In this document: piece by piece, positions 17,225-24,209 of the stretch
Layout: each line of letters starts with the position of its first letter
Numbering within the stretch: the first letter of the stretch is position 1
IMG/VR virus record: IMGVR_UViG_3300043754_000005
Coordinates: 1 to 27,148 of that record
Strand: one strand, 5' to 3'
Length of the DNA: 27,148 nt
Source: a virus
Taxonomy: Duplodnaviria; Caudoviricetes
Made by a program: the position numbers and the translations under genes
Notes under the pieces: generated by a model
Seen by the model: the letters and a program-made list of their open reading frames with translations, nothing else
Told to the model about the DNA's origin: nothing
The model's database searches: none

Positions 17225-19294
17225 TTACCATTTAGTTGCCCACGAACCACGTCCGCGCCGGGTCTGCTGCGCGCGCTTGGTTCGTACAATGCTTTTATTA
17301 TCGTCAACGGGAGCTGGAATTTCCTTGTGTGGGTTTTCCGGCTCGCTAACTGGCAATTTTTTGCTGGTTACAGGCTCTTTTGGCTCGTTACTTGCAATTT
17401 TTTGCACGTTAGTTTTAACGTATTCCTTCATCTTTTCGTCCAGTCGCTTGAGGTTCGGCTGCATAATTTTCAATGCAGCATAGGCGTAGACGAACGTGTC
17501 CAGAACCTCGTTACGCGCTTTATCCGGCTTATGCCAAGAGCGAACAGGGAACCCCTTCACGTACTTCGTTATCAATTTTTCAGCCGTCAGCTGCTTAAAA
17601 TATTCGTCATCGACTCCGCCGATAGGCTCATCGTCCTCGCTGATGGGGAAGTGAACGTATCCGGGCACTCGCACATCTGGATTCGTGTGTTCCTTTAGGT
17701 TTAGGCGGCGCATGACGAGCAGCTTGCCCTCGTCAGAGCTCACGTTGAACAGGTCAACTTTTCGTGCGTTTTTGCCCGATTGTTTGCGCTGCATCTTTTC
17801 GACAATTGGCTTACCCCAGCCTACGGCCAAGCCTTTAATACCGAAAATACGGCGTCCAGTCTTACCACGAAGCCAGTCGAAGGCGGTTTGCGGGTACGAA
17901 CCCGTGCCGCCAGTGTCGAAACATACGCCACCGAGCTTCAGTTTTAGGCCGCTCTCGTGCTCAAGCTCTTCATCCAGATACTCCTCGAGTTCAGCCCAAA
18001 CATCTGGGAGCAGCGGGTCACCCCAGAGCACTTTATGGTCGATTACCCACGACTCCTCTCCGACGCCATAAGCGACACGCTGAACTTCAAGTCGGTCGGT
18101 CTGCATGTCAACGCCAGCAGCCACCCAAACGCCGCCCATCGGAACCTGTGCGAGATATACCTCACGCCGCTTCATCAACTCACTCGAGTCTGCGCTGTCG
18201 CCGGTCTCTTCATACGTCTCGCCTAGCGAAACGTTGACGAACGACTGCATATCGCCGAGACGAATTTTGCTGAGGTACGAGCGCACGATGTCGCGCATAC
18301 GGCGGAACGTGCTGAGCATTTCTGGCGCGTGTGCACTAATGTGGCCCGTGAAAGGCTTAGAGGCCTTCCAGCCGCCTCCGTTACCCTTAGCTGTGCGGAT
18401 AGACGCGATACGCTCGCCGTCATCCCAGCCGACTCCACATGCCTCGCACAAGTACTGCGCCGAATCAGGGTCATGCTCTTCGTGAAGGTCCTCTTCCCAG
18501 TCCTTAATTCCCGTGGACTTTCTGCCAGTCCACATCACGTTTTCCCATTTCAAATACTGAGGGGCTGCGCAGTGAGGACACGGCACGTAATAGCGTCGCT
18601 GGTCTCCGGCGAGAAAACCTTTCTCGATGTTTGACTTGCCTTTGATGGTCGGCGTGCTCGTGCGAATGACTAGAGCCTCATCACCAAACGATGCTGCACG
18701 CTGCGCCAACAGCTCCATGAAGTTACCTTCCTTGGTGACTTCATAGCCATCGCACTCATCCATCATGATTTTTGGCGCTGAGCGGCCGCGCGCAGTTTTA
18801 GGCGAACCTGACCAGCTAAACATCAAAAACCCTCCAATGAAGGATTTGATGCGGCTGTTGTTTACGCCTTCACGGCCGCGCGGCTTAGCTAAGCGCTTTG
18901 CGATAGCCGGATTAGCGTCAATCATCGGCTGTAGCTTCGTCTCGAGATACGTCTGCAAGTCGCCTTCAGATGGCTGCGACATCATCATCGAGCGCGGCTC
19001 GTGAGCGATATAGAAGCCCGTTGCACACTGGAGCACGGTCGTCTTGCCTAGCTGAGCGCCCAGCATCAAATCGATAGCGTAAACGCCCAGCTCTTTAATC
19101 CAGTCGAGCATCTCCCTTTGATAAGGAGCGTTATCAAAGTTGATTGGGCCGGGAATTGCATTTCCGACCGGAATTTGGACGTTCAGCTCCGCCCACACTG
19201 ACGGAAGAATGTCAGGGGGCGGAATAAGGTGCTCAGCAGCTTCGTTTAGAGCCGCCACCACAGCCTTCAGATTGGAGAATTGCTTTAATTCCAC
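17225..19294 (-). CDS. terL: Terminase large subunit (lambda GpA family)
   Basis: PYQRE motif, Walker A-like GAQLGKT, Walker B MMDECD, STPT, GDQRRYxVPCPHC...CxxCG, nuclease AGVDMQ, DTGG, RNExLD. Confidence 0.96.
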   Translation of the reverse strand: MELKQFSNLKAVVAALNEAAEHLIPPPDILPSVWAELNVQIPVGNAIPGPINFDNAPYQREMLDWIKELGVYAIDLMLGAQLGKTTVLQCATGFYIAHEPRSMMMSQPSEGDLQTYLETKLQPMIDANPAIAKRLAKPRGREGVNNSRIKSFIGGFLMFSWSGSPKTARGRSAPKIMMDECDGYEVTKEGNFMELLAQRAASFGDEALVIRTSTPTIKGKSNIEKGFLAGDQRRYYVPCPHCAAPQYLKWENVMWTGRKSTGIKDWEEDLHEEHDPDSAQYLCEACGVGWDDGERIASIRTAKGNGGGWKASKPFTGHISAHAPEMLSTFRRMRDIVRSYLSKIRLGDMQSFVNVSLGETYEETGDSADSSELMKRREVYLAQVPMGGVWVAAGVDMQTDRLEVQRVAYGVGEESWVIDHKVLWGDPLLPDVWAELEEYLDEELEHESGLKLKLGGVCFDTGGTGSYPQTAFDWLRGKTGRRIFGIKGLAVGWGKPIVEKMQRKQSGKNARKVDLFNVSSDEGKLLVMRRLNLKEHTNPDVRVPGYVHFPISEDDEPIGGVDDEYFKQLTAEKLITKYVKGFPVRSWHKPDKARNEVLDTFVYAYAALKIMQPNLKRLDEKMKEYVKTNVQKIASNEPKEPVTSKKLPVSEPENPHKEIPAPVDDNKSIVRTKRAQQTRRGRGSWATKW
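17297..17339 (-). promoter_or_regulatory. Putative late promoter, copy 4 (in 3' end of terL, facing adaptor/portal)
   Basis: GGAAAACCCACACAAGGAAA (17339-17320), 17 nt, GATAAT (17302-17297). Confidence 0.8.
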
Positions 19295-19298
19295 GGTT

Positions 19299-19496
19299 TT
19301 AATGCACTTGTCTCATGAAGTGACGGCACCATCCGTCGCGGACGGCAGGATTAAATGCGGCGACAACGCCGCCATCTCCGTCAGAAACCCAATTCATTGG
19401 CAGAAGTCTGCACTCACCCTGCTCTTCGCCTTTCTCAAAACATCCAGCGTTGCAGTTCTCGCAGCGCGGCATACAATCGTCAGGCAACTTTTTCAT
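19299..19496 (-). CDS. Small Cys-rich putative metal-binding protein (65 aa)
   Basis: Start moved to ATG 19496: MKKLPDDCMPRCENCNAGCFEKGEEQGECRLLP...DGWCRHF; CxxC...GxC...GWCxxF; fills the gap between phosphoesterase and terL with tight junctions. Confidence 0.7.
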   Translation of the reverse strand: MKKLPDDCMPRCENCNAGCFEKGEEQGECRLLPMNWVSDGDGGVVAAFNPAVRDGWCRHFMRQVH

Positions 19497-20673
19497 GGCT
19501 TTTCGCTTGGAGCATTTCCGGTGAAATGGTGATTCGGCCGACCTCGCCAAAATCTTTGTGGTATGTGATGACTTTTGCGCTGCGCTGGCTAACCCAGGCA
19601 CCACGGCTGGCGTGGCTATCAGGTGCGGCGAGCGTCTCGTGCTGCTCGATGTGCATCGTGTTAGTCTCGCGAATCACGTCGTGATGCAAGTGGCCACAGT
19701 GCGCGTAGGAATAAGTGGTGCGCCCGAAAATCTCGCGAAACTTAGCGATAAACGCTGTTTCTAGGTTATCTCGGCGTTTTTTATGCCCATGATGGAAAAA
19801 TAAGGACGTTTTCCCATGCTCTACCGCGTAGTACGGGTCTGGGCGAGTTTCTACAGTAATGCGTGGTTCATTTTCATACAGAACAGCGAACAGCTCACGG
19901 CCCCAAGCGCTGCTTGCTAAGTCGTGATTGCCCTCGCCCTCAATGAAATAAACGTGCTCATGCTTCTGGAGAAGCATCGAAATAATCTTGCGCTTTAGCC
20001 TAATATTGACTCGAATCAGCTGCTGAAAGCGAACATCTGCGTCAAGGACGTGGTGATTGGTTGGCGTGACGGCATCGAGGCTGTCGTAGTGCAAGAAATC
20101 CCCCAGGTTCGCAAATACTCCGTACTTGGCTGGAGGCGCTGATTCAATTGCGGCAGCGAACCATTGAGTTATCAATTCCTCTTGCTTATCAATGTTCGAG
20201 TCGGCCCCAGATTCCTCTCCCCACGCCCGTGCGCCCAGGTGGTAGTCCGTTATTGGGTAGAGGTTCATCAGCTTTTCATCTGCTACCACGGGCCCTGCGG
20301 TCGGTGCAATCGGGGTGATTTCCTCTTTCAGCGCTTCGATAGCGTGGCGCATGATTTCGGCCTGGCGCTGCGCGTCGATATTGGTCTTAACCCACTGCCC
20401 TGAGGGATTGCCATCCTTGTCGTAATACGTCGAAACGCCTTTCACGTGGAAGCCATCCGGAGCTGGTCGAGTCATATCGTGGCTCGGCGCATAACCCTGA
20501 CGCGCTGCCTTAGCTGTGACTCGCTCTAGTGCTTGCCTGATGGTTTTTCTGTCGACGCCGAATTTCTTGGCTGTGGCAGTCTCGCCTGACTCCCAGTAGC
20601 TTTTTATGTAGTCGGCTTGGCGTTCAGTTGCGTACTGCAACAGGCCTTCATCAGGCGTCTTCGTTTTCTTCAT
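19480..20673 (-). CDS. Calcineurin-like metallophosphoesterase with N-terminal HTH
   Basis: All five family motifs in order: TDYHLG, LGDFLH, GEGNHD, HHGH, GHLHH; N-terminal HTH-like TATAKKFGVDRKTIRQAL. Likely start ATG 20673 (track extends to 20694). Confidence 0.88.
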   Translation of the reverse strand: MKKTKTPDEGLLQYATERQADYIKSYWESGETATAKKFGVDRKTIRQALERVTAKAARQGYAPSHDMTRPAPDGFHVKGVSTYYDKDGNPSGQWVKTNIDAQRQAEIMRHAIEALKEEITPIAPTAGPVVADEKLMNLYPITDYHLGARAWGEESGADSNIDKQEELITQWFAAAIESAPPAKYGVFANLGDFLHYDSLDAVTPTNHHVLDADVRFQQLIRVNIRLKRKIISMLLQKHEHVYFIEGEGNHDLASSAWGRELFAVLYENEPRITVETRPDPYYAVEHGKTSLFFHHGHKKRRDNLETAFIAKFREIFGRTTYSYAHCGHLHHDVIRETNTMHIEQHETLAAPDSHASRGAWVSQRSAKVITYHKDFGEVGRITISPEMLQAKSHEKVA

Positions 20674-21160
20674 CGGTCTCGTCGTCTTCGTCAAGCAGTA
20701 GCTCGGCTTTAGATGCCGCCTCCAGCGCTAATGTCAGCTCGGCACGTAATTTTGTTTTGAAAACCGTCTCGTTCGATTCCTTCAGCAGCTGCACGACAAC
20801 CCGCTGAGGCACGTTCATGACGTTGGCGCGTATCTGCGCGAAAATTGCAGCCTGAGCTCGCTTAAATTCCGTGACGGGCGCAACCAGGCCTTTAGCCTCT
20901 GCCAGCTCGAGTTCAGCGCGCTCCATCTTGGCTCGAGCCGTTCTCTTTTCAATTTCTTTTATGTCATCTAAAGCGCCACCAGCGGCGTCAGCTTTGCGCT
21001 GTGCGTACCACTCGATACAGGCCGCAAGGTCAAACTCCCACTCGACGCCTTTGGAGCCTTTTGTTACTACCGGCATACCGTCACGCCTCCAACGGTCAAT
21101 CGTCGGAAGGCTTACTCCCATATGCTCTGCGAGGCCTGCGCGGCTTAAAATTACGCCCAT
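20651..21160 (-). CDS. terS: Terminase small subunit (Nu1-like, winged HTH)
   Basis: LSRxxLAxxxGVSxxTIDRWxxxGMP...WEFDLxxCIxW, then coiled coil (AKMERAELEL..GLV); immediately downstream of cos-like site. Confidence 0.92.
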   Translation of the reverse strand: MGVILSRAGLAEHMGVSLPTIDRWRRDGMPVVTKGSKGVEWEFDLAACIEWYAQRKADAAGGALDDIKEIEKRTARAKMERAELELAEAKGLVAPVTEFKRAQAAIFAQIRANVMNVPQRVVVQLLKESNETVFKTKLRAELTLALEAASKAELLLDEDDETDEENEDA

Positions 21161-21220
21161 TTTTTCTTACCAAGTCGTAATAGTAAGTTTCATAATGCGA
21201 AACCACGCAGAGGTGGGATA

Positions 21221-21266
21221 TTGCGGGCGGCATGTCCCCGCCCCCCGTATACGGCCGGAAGGACCC
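21221..21266 (-). other. Putative cos site (cosQ + cosN-like dyad)
   Basis: Minus strand GGGTCCT (21266-21260; identical to lambda cosQ) followed by TCCGG and then a GC-rich dyad GGGCGG-N7-CCGCCC (21243-21225), ~65 nt upstream of terS. Confidence 0.7.
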
Positions 21267-21381
21267 ATTTGTTGTAAAAGTACAACACTTTGTGCACCCA
21301 AACAGTGCATCCGCCGTCGTCGGACAGGGAGGATTCACCATCTTGGTGCATAGGGTTAGCCCTCACTCTAGACGCGGCTTT

Positions 21382-21807
21382 TTAGGCGGCCGACGAGGTG
21401 GCTGGCGACATAGCCGACAGCGATGCCAGCGTTGTGGATGCCGCGCTGGCAGCGCTTGACACAGCATTAACAGCTGATGCAACACCACCAGTTGAGTTAG
21501 GTGCAACAGCAGTGACAACGCTTGCAAATGCGTTGAATGCGTCTTTTGCTACCCCGATGAACGTCTCCACCGTCTGCTCTAGCCCACCACTCCAACTAAC
21601 ACCAAGTGATGCAGCTACGGCCTTAGTAGCGGCCATAACGGCGGCCAACTTGGACGAACCAGAGGTCGTCGAGCTTGCGTAAGCCGTTTCAGCAGCATTC
21701 ATGAACTGCGTGATGTATGGCTTGAGAATCGCGAATTCCTTTTCAACGGCCTCAGCGGCGCTGAAAGCGGCTTCAACTGCGGAAACGATTGTGAGAATGT
21801 TAAACAT
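21382..21807 (-). CDS. Ala/Ser-rich hypothetical protein at end of lysis cassette
   Basis: Start moved to ATG 21807 (MFNILTIVSA; SD AAGGA upstream); 141 aa; AAExxY.....GxxKLAAV core loosely resembles LL-H-type holin-family proteins. Confidence 0.7.
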   Translation of the reverse strand: MFNILTIVSAVEAAFSAAEAVEKEFAILKPYITQFMNAAETAYASSTTSGSSKLAAVMAATKAVAASLGVSWSGGLEQTVETFIGVAKDAFNAFASVVTAVAPNSTGGVASAVNAVSSAASAASTTLASLSAMSPATSSAA

Positions 21808-21823
21808 TTGATTACGTCCTTTG

Positions 21824-22180
21824 TTAATTGATAATTCCGCGTTGGCGGAGGTCGTTAAGACAATTTCGGGTTGTGCTACGAAGTCGTTTTTCGAGACTAA
21901 ACTGCCCTGCTGCTTGAACTGCCCAGATTCCTGCGTTAGTACGGTCTTGTTTAAGTCGGGCAATCTGGTCGTCCGCTGAAAGTGCGCTAAGCGCAGCAGC
22001 ATCAGCCAGGCGCGGATACATAGGTAACGAACCGTCTGGCGCATCTTCTGAGCAATTAACGGTCGGAACTAGTTGGTGCGTTTGCGCCATTGATTGCTGC
22101 ATCGATGGCACTTTGCTGGTCGCGCACGCTGCTAGCGTTACGCACAGCAGCGACGCTAGCGTCAGTTTTAAGACTCGCAT
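21824..22180 (-). CDS. Rz1: o-spanin (Rz1-like outer-membrane lipoprotein)
   Basis: Signal peptide with lipobox LAA-C19, Pro-rich segment, extra Cys residues, SD AAGGA; 5' end overlaps the i-spanin by 125 nt in another frame. Confidence 0.85.
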   Translation of the reverse strand: MRVLKLTLASLLCVTLAACATSKVPSMQQSMAQTHQLVPTVNCSEDAPDGSLPMYPRLADAAALSALSADDQIARLKQDRTNAGIWAVQAAGQFSLEKRLRSTTRNCLNDLRQRGIIN

Positions 22181-22382
22181 CTTGAATTTCCTTTGAAACT
22201 GCGTTTTCAGCGCTGCGGGTTGCTTGCGCCGTGACTTCGTCCGTTTTGTTCTCTACAGCTACGCCAGTAGCAACAGCGTCGCTTCCAGTCGAGGATTTCC
22301 CGCCAAAAATCGACTTGAAGAACGTGATAGCTCCGTTCAACATACTGAAAATCGAGATGATAGTTGCAATAATCGCTGCCAT
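22056..22382 (-). CDS. Rz: i-spanin (Rz-like)
   Basis: N-terminal hydrophobic anchor then helical Ala-rich domain; directly after endolysin and overlapping the lipoprotein gene. Confidence 0.75.
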   Translation of the reverse strand: MAAIIATIISIFSMLNGAITFFKSIFGGKSSTGSDAVATGVAVENKTDEVTAQATRSAENAVSKEIQDASLKTDASVAAVRNASSVRDQQSAIDAAINGANAPTSSDR

Positions 22383-22384
22383 TT

Positions 22385-22843
22385 TTAAGCCTTGTCGTAT
22401 TGCGCTAGGTTATGCTGACGCATCAGCGTAATCAGCGAATTTGCGTAGTTCGGGTCTGTCGCATAACCAGCTGCTGCAATCGCATGCGCAAAGTCTTCAC
22501 CGTTCGTCGTTGCAAACGCTGCCTTATAGCGCGGGTTACCTGTCAGAAACGCCGCATGGTCTTCGATGCTACCCAACCATGACATGTACTTGCGGAAAGC
22601 CGCCTGTACCATGACAGACTGACCATTAATCACTTCTCTAGTAGGCATCGATACCGTCGGACCAGTCCATCCGCCGATTGCCTTGATACCGAACAGGTTC
22701 ATGCCGTTCACGGCCAAACCTGACGAACCCCAACCGCTTTCAAGAATCGCCTGTGCAAGCGTCACGCTTGCCGGAACTTTGCTCTGTGCCATGCACTGCT
22801 GCGCACACGGCGCAACTGCTGCAATAAAGTCATTGGGCTGCAT
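22385..22843 (-). CDS. Endolysin, GH73 glucosaminidase/muramidase (FlgJ-like)
   Basis: LAQAILESGWG (catalytic Glu), NLFGIKA, TxE, FRKYxSW, NPRY, AGYATDPxYA. Confidence 0.95.
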   Translation of the reverse strand: MQPNDFIAAVAPCAQQCMAQSKVPASVTLAQAILESGWGSSGLAVNGMNLFGIKAIGGWTGPTVSMPTREVINGQSVMVQAAFRKYMSWLGSIEDHAAFLTGNPRYKAAFATTNGEDFAHAIAAAGYATDPNYANSLITLMRQHNLAQYDKA

Positions 22844-23069
22844 TGCTATCGCCTCCAGGTACAGCAGGCGAACCGGCTGCTTGTTTAATCACTCGGGCAA
22901 TTGAAAAACTCACCCCCGAAAGAATCACGGCACCAACGATGACAGCCTTCGGAAGCGTCACGCCGTTTTGCGAGACATACGCAAGCGTGCCGAGCAGCAC
23001 GAAGCCAAGATAAGCTGCGTGCGTGCTATAAAACTTCCAGAACTGCGATGCGTCTTCGATGAGCTTCAT
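22830..23069 (-). CDS. Putative holin (two TM helices)
   Basis: MKLIxDxxxxWKxxS start, two hydrophobic segments, ARVIKQ; overlaps endolysin start. Confidence 0.75.
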   Translation of the reverse strand: MKLIEDASQFWKFYSTHAAYLGFVLLGTLAYVSQNGVTLPKAVIVGAVILSGVSFSIARVIKQAAGSPAVPGGDSNAAQ

Positions 23070-23300
23070 TTAAATTCCAAGCGGGGGTTCGTCGTCGTCT
23101 TTGTCTTCGGTGGGCTTTGGATGCTTGCCAAGCAATCGTAGAACAATCGGCTTTCCAATATCGAGGTACAGCTTACGAGCAAGCAGATACGTAGTGAACG
23201 TGGCTGCCATGCATGATGCGGCTTCCGACCACGAGGTCACTCCAATCATTGCCCAAAGCGCTGCTATCTTCATAAGCAGCGGTGTAGTTTTGTCGTCCAT
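23070..23300 (-). CDS. Putative holin/antiholin
   Basis: 76 aa with hydrophobic helices and charged C-tail; first gene downstream of promoter copy 5. Confidence 0.65.
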   Translation of the reverse strand: MDDKTTPLLMKIAALWAMIGVTSWSEAASCMAATFTTYLLARKLYLDIGKPIVLRLLGKHPKPTEDKDDDEPPLGI

Positions 23301-23775
23301 TGTTTTTTGTGTCGTCCGTGCGCGCGAATTCGATAGTTACATTATCGTTTGCCCTATGAATGATTTCCTTGTGTGGTTTTTCCACTTTAACTGGTGAAAG
23401 CATTTTCGCTAGCTTGCGCACGTATCTGTCAGTAATGTCTAGAGTTGCTGCGACCTGTTGCTCGGACCATCCCTCCCCTAATAGCTGCAAAACCATTTTG
23501 TCGCGATAGTTGCGATAAATGTCGGCGCAGTTCGCTAGGCAAAGAATCATTCCACCAAATTCACGGCAGATTTTTAGCGCATCGCTGTACCCGAGAATCG
23601 CTACCAGTTGATGGTCCAGCGTGAGACGTGCTTCGGTCGGAACATACACCACAACTCTCGAGGATTTTTTCCCATCTACGCCAGCCACATATCTAGGCCA
23701 CTGCCCCACCAGATAAAGTGCCTTATGTCGCCCAATGACATCGGCTATTTCTTGAACAGATTTCGGTAATCGCAC
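23173..23775 (-). CDS. Mor/C-family transcription activator (putative late-gene activator)
   Basis: LPxSVQEIADVIG..AL.LV, VYVP, LVxxLG...AxKxxxxFGG..L, RD..V......G.S...VAxxLxITxRYVRK HTH. Start GTG 23775 with SD GGGAG (TTG 23778 alternative). Confidence 0.85.
   Translation of the reverse strand: MRLPKSVQEIADVIGRHKALYLVGQWPRYVAGVDGKKSSRVVVYVPTEARLTLDHQLVAILGYSDALKICREFGGMILCLANCADIYRNYRDKMVLQLLGEGWSEQQVAATLDITDRYVRKLAKMLSPVKVEKPHKEIIHRANDNVTIEFARTDDTKNNGRQNYTAAYEDSSALGNDWSDLVVGSRIMHGSHVHYVSACS
23341..23383 (-). promoter_or_regulatory. Putative late promoter, copy 5 (upstream of lysis cassette, inside activator ORF)
   Basis: GGAAAAACCACACAAGGAAA (23383-23364), 17 nt, GATAAT (23346-23341). 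Confidence 0.8.
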
Positions 23776-23806
23776 CAAGTCTCCCAGATATGTAAACTTT
23801 CACAAA

Positions 23807-23850
23807 ACAGTATAGCAACTGTATTTGATAAGTTCACGCAATTTTGTGAA
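23807..23850 (-). promoter_or_regulatory. Putative promoter of the activator gene (extended -10) with inverted repeats
   Basis: Minus strand TGC-TATACT (23817-23809) ~35 nt before the GTG; overlapped by ACAGT-N6-ACTGT (23807-23822); TTCAC-N8-GTGAA (23833-23850) over the -35 position; no consensus -35. Confidence 0.5.
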
Positions 23851-23859
23851 TTGATAACG

Positions 23860-24163
23860 TTGTCCCTGTTAGCCCCAGATTGGGACAAGATGGGACAAGC
23901 TTGTCCCACGCAGAAAGCCTTATCCAGTAAGGGTTTGCGTGGAATTTGGGACAAGATGGGACAAGTGGGACCACGTTTTCATAAAGGGTACGGGCTATGT
24001 AGGCTGTATGTAATGTATGTACTATTCATCTAATAGCCCCTTATTTTCTTTTGTATTGTTGTCCCAGTTAGTCCCAAAATCGCTGCAAGCCTTGCTGGGT
24101 AAGGGTTTGCCGTGGGACAAGCACCCAAAACGGTTGTCCCAAAATGAGGCTAGATGGGACAAG
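23860..24163. repeat. Iteron/inverted-repeat array, putative replication origin
   Basis: About 12 copies of TGGGAC(A)A in both orientations; imperfect ~63-bp inverted repeat (23900-23964 vs 24059-24121) around a spacer whose right part (24005-24058) is AT-rich. Confidence 0.75.
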
Positions 24164-24181
24164 CTGGTAGCCAAAGCAACG

Positions 24182-24204
24182 AAAAAACCGCCCGAAGGCG
24201 GTTT
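24182..24204 (-). terminator. Rho-independent terminator of the early gene cluster
   Basis: Minus strand AAACCGCC-TTCG-GGCGGTTTTTT, 5 nt after the stop of 24210..24512. Confidence 0.88.
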
Positions 24205-24209
24205 CTGTG

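Noticed and set aside
21096-21341. 81-aa ORF upstream of terS as a possible HNH or other gene
   Set aside because: No HNH motif; overlaps the cos-like site and terS; no convincing start signal.
21808-22044. N-terminal 79 codons of the 220-aa track ORF
   Set aside because: Overlaps the o-spanin; the SD-supported ATG at 21807 is the more plausible start.
23807-23822. LexA (SOS) box at the activator promoter
   Set aside because: The dyad is CAGT...ACTG, the reverse arrangement of the proteobacterial CTGT-N8-ACAG consensus.
23860-24163. CRISPR array or tRNA
   Set aside because: Repeats are 7-10 bp, in both orientations, with irregular spacing; no cloverleaf or regular repeat-spacer period.
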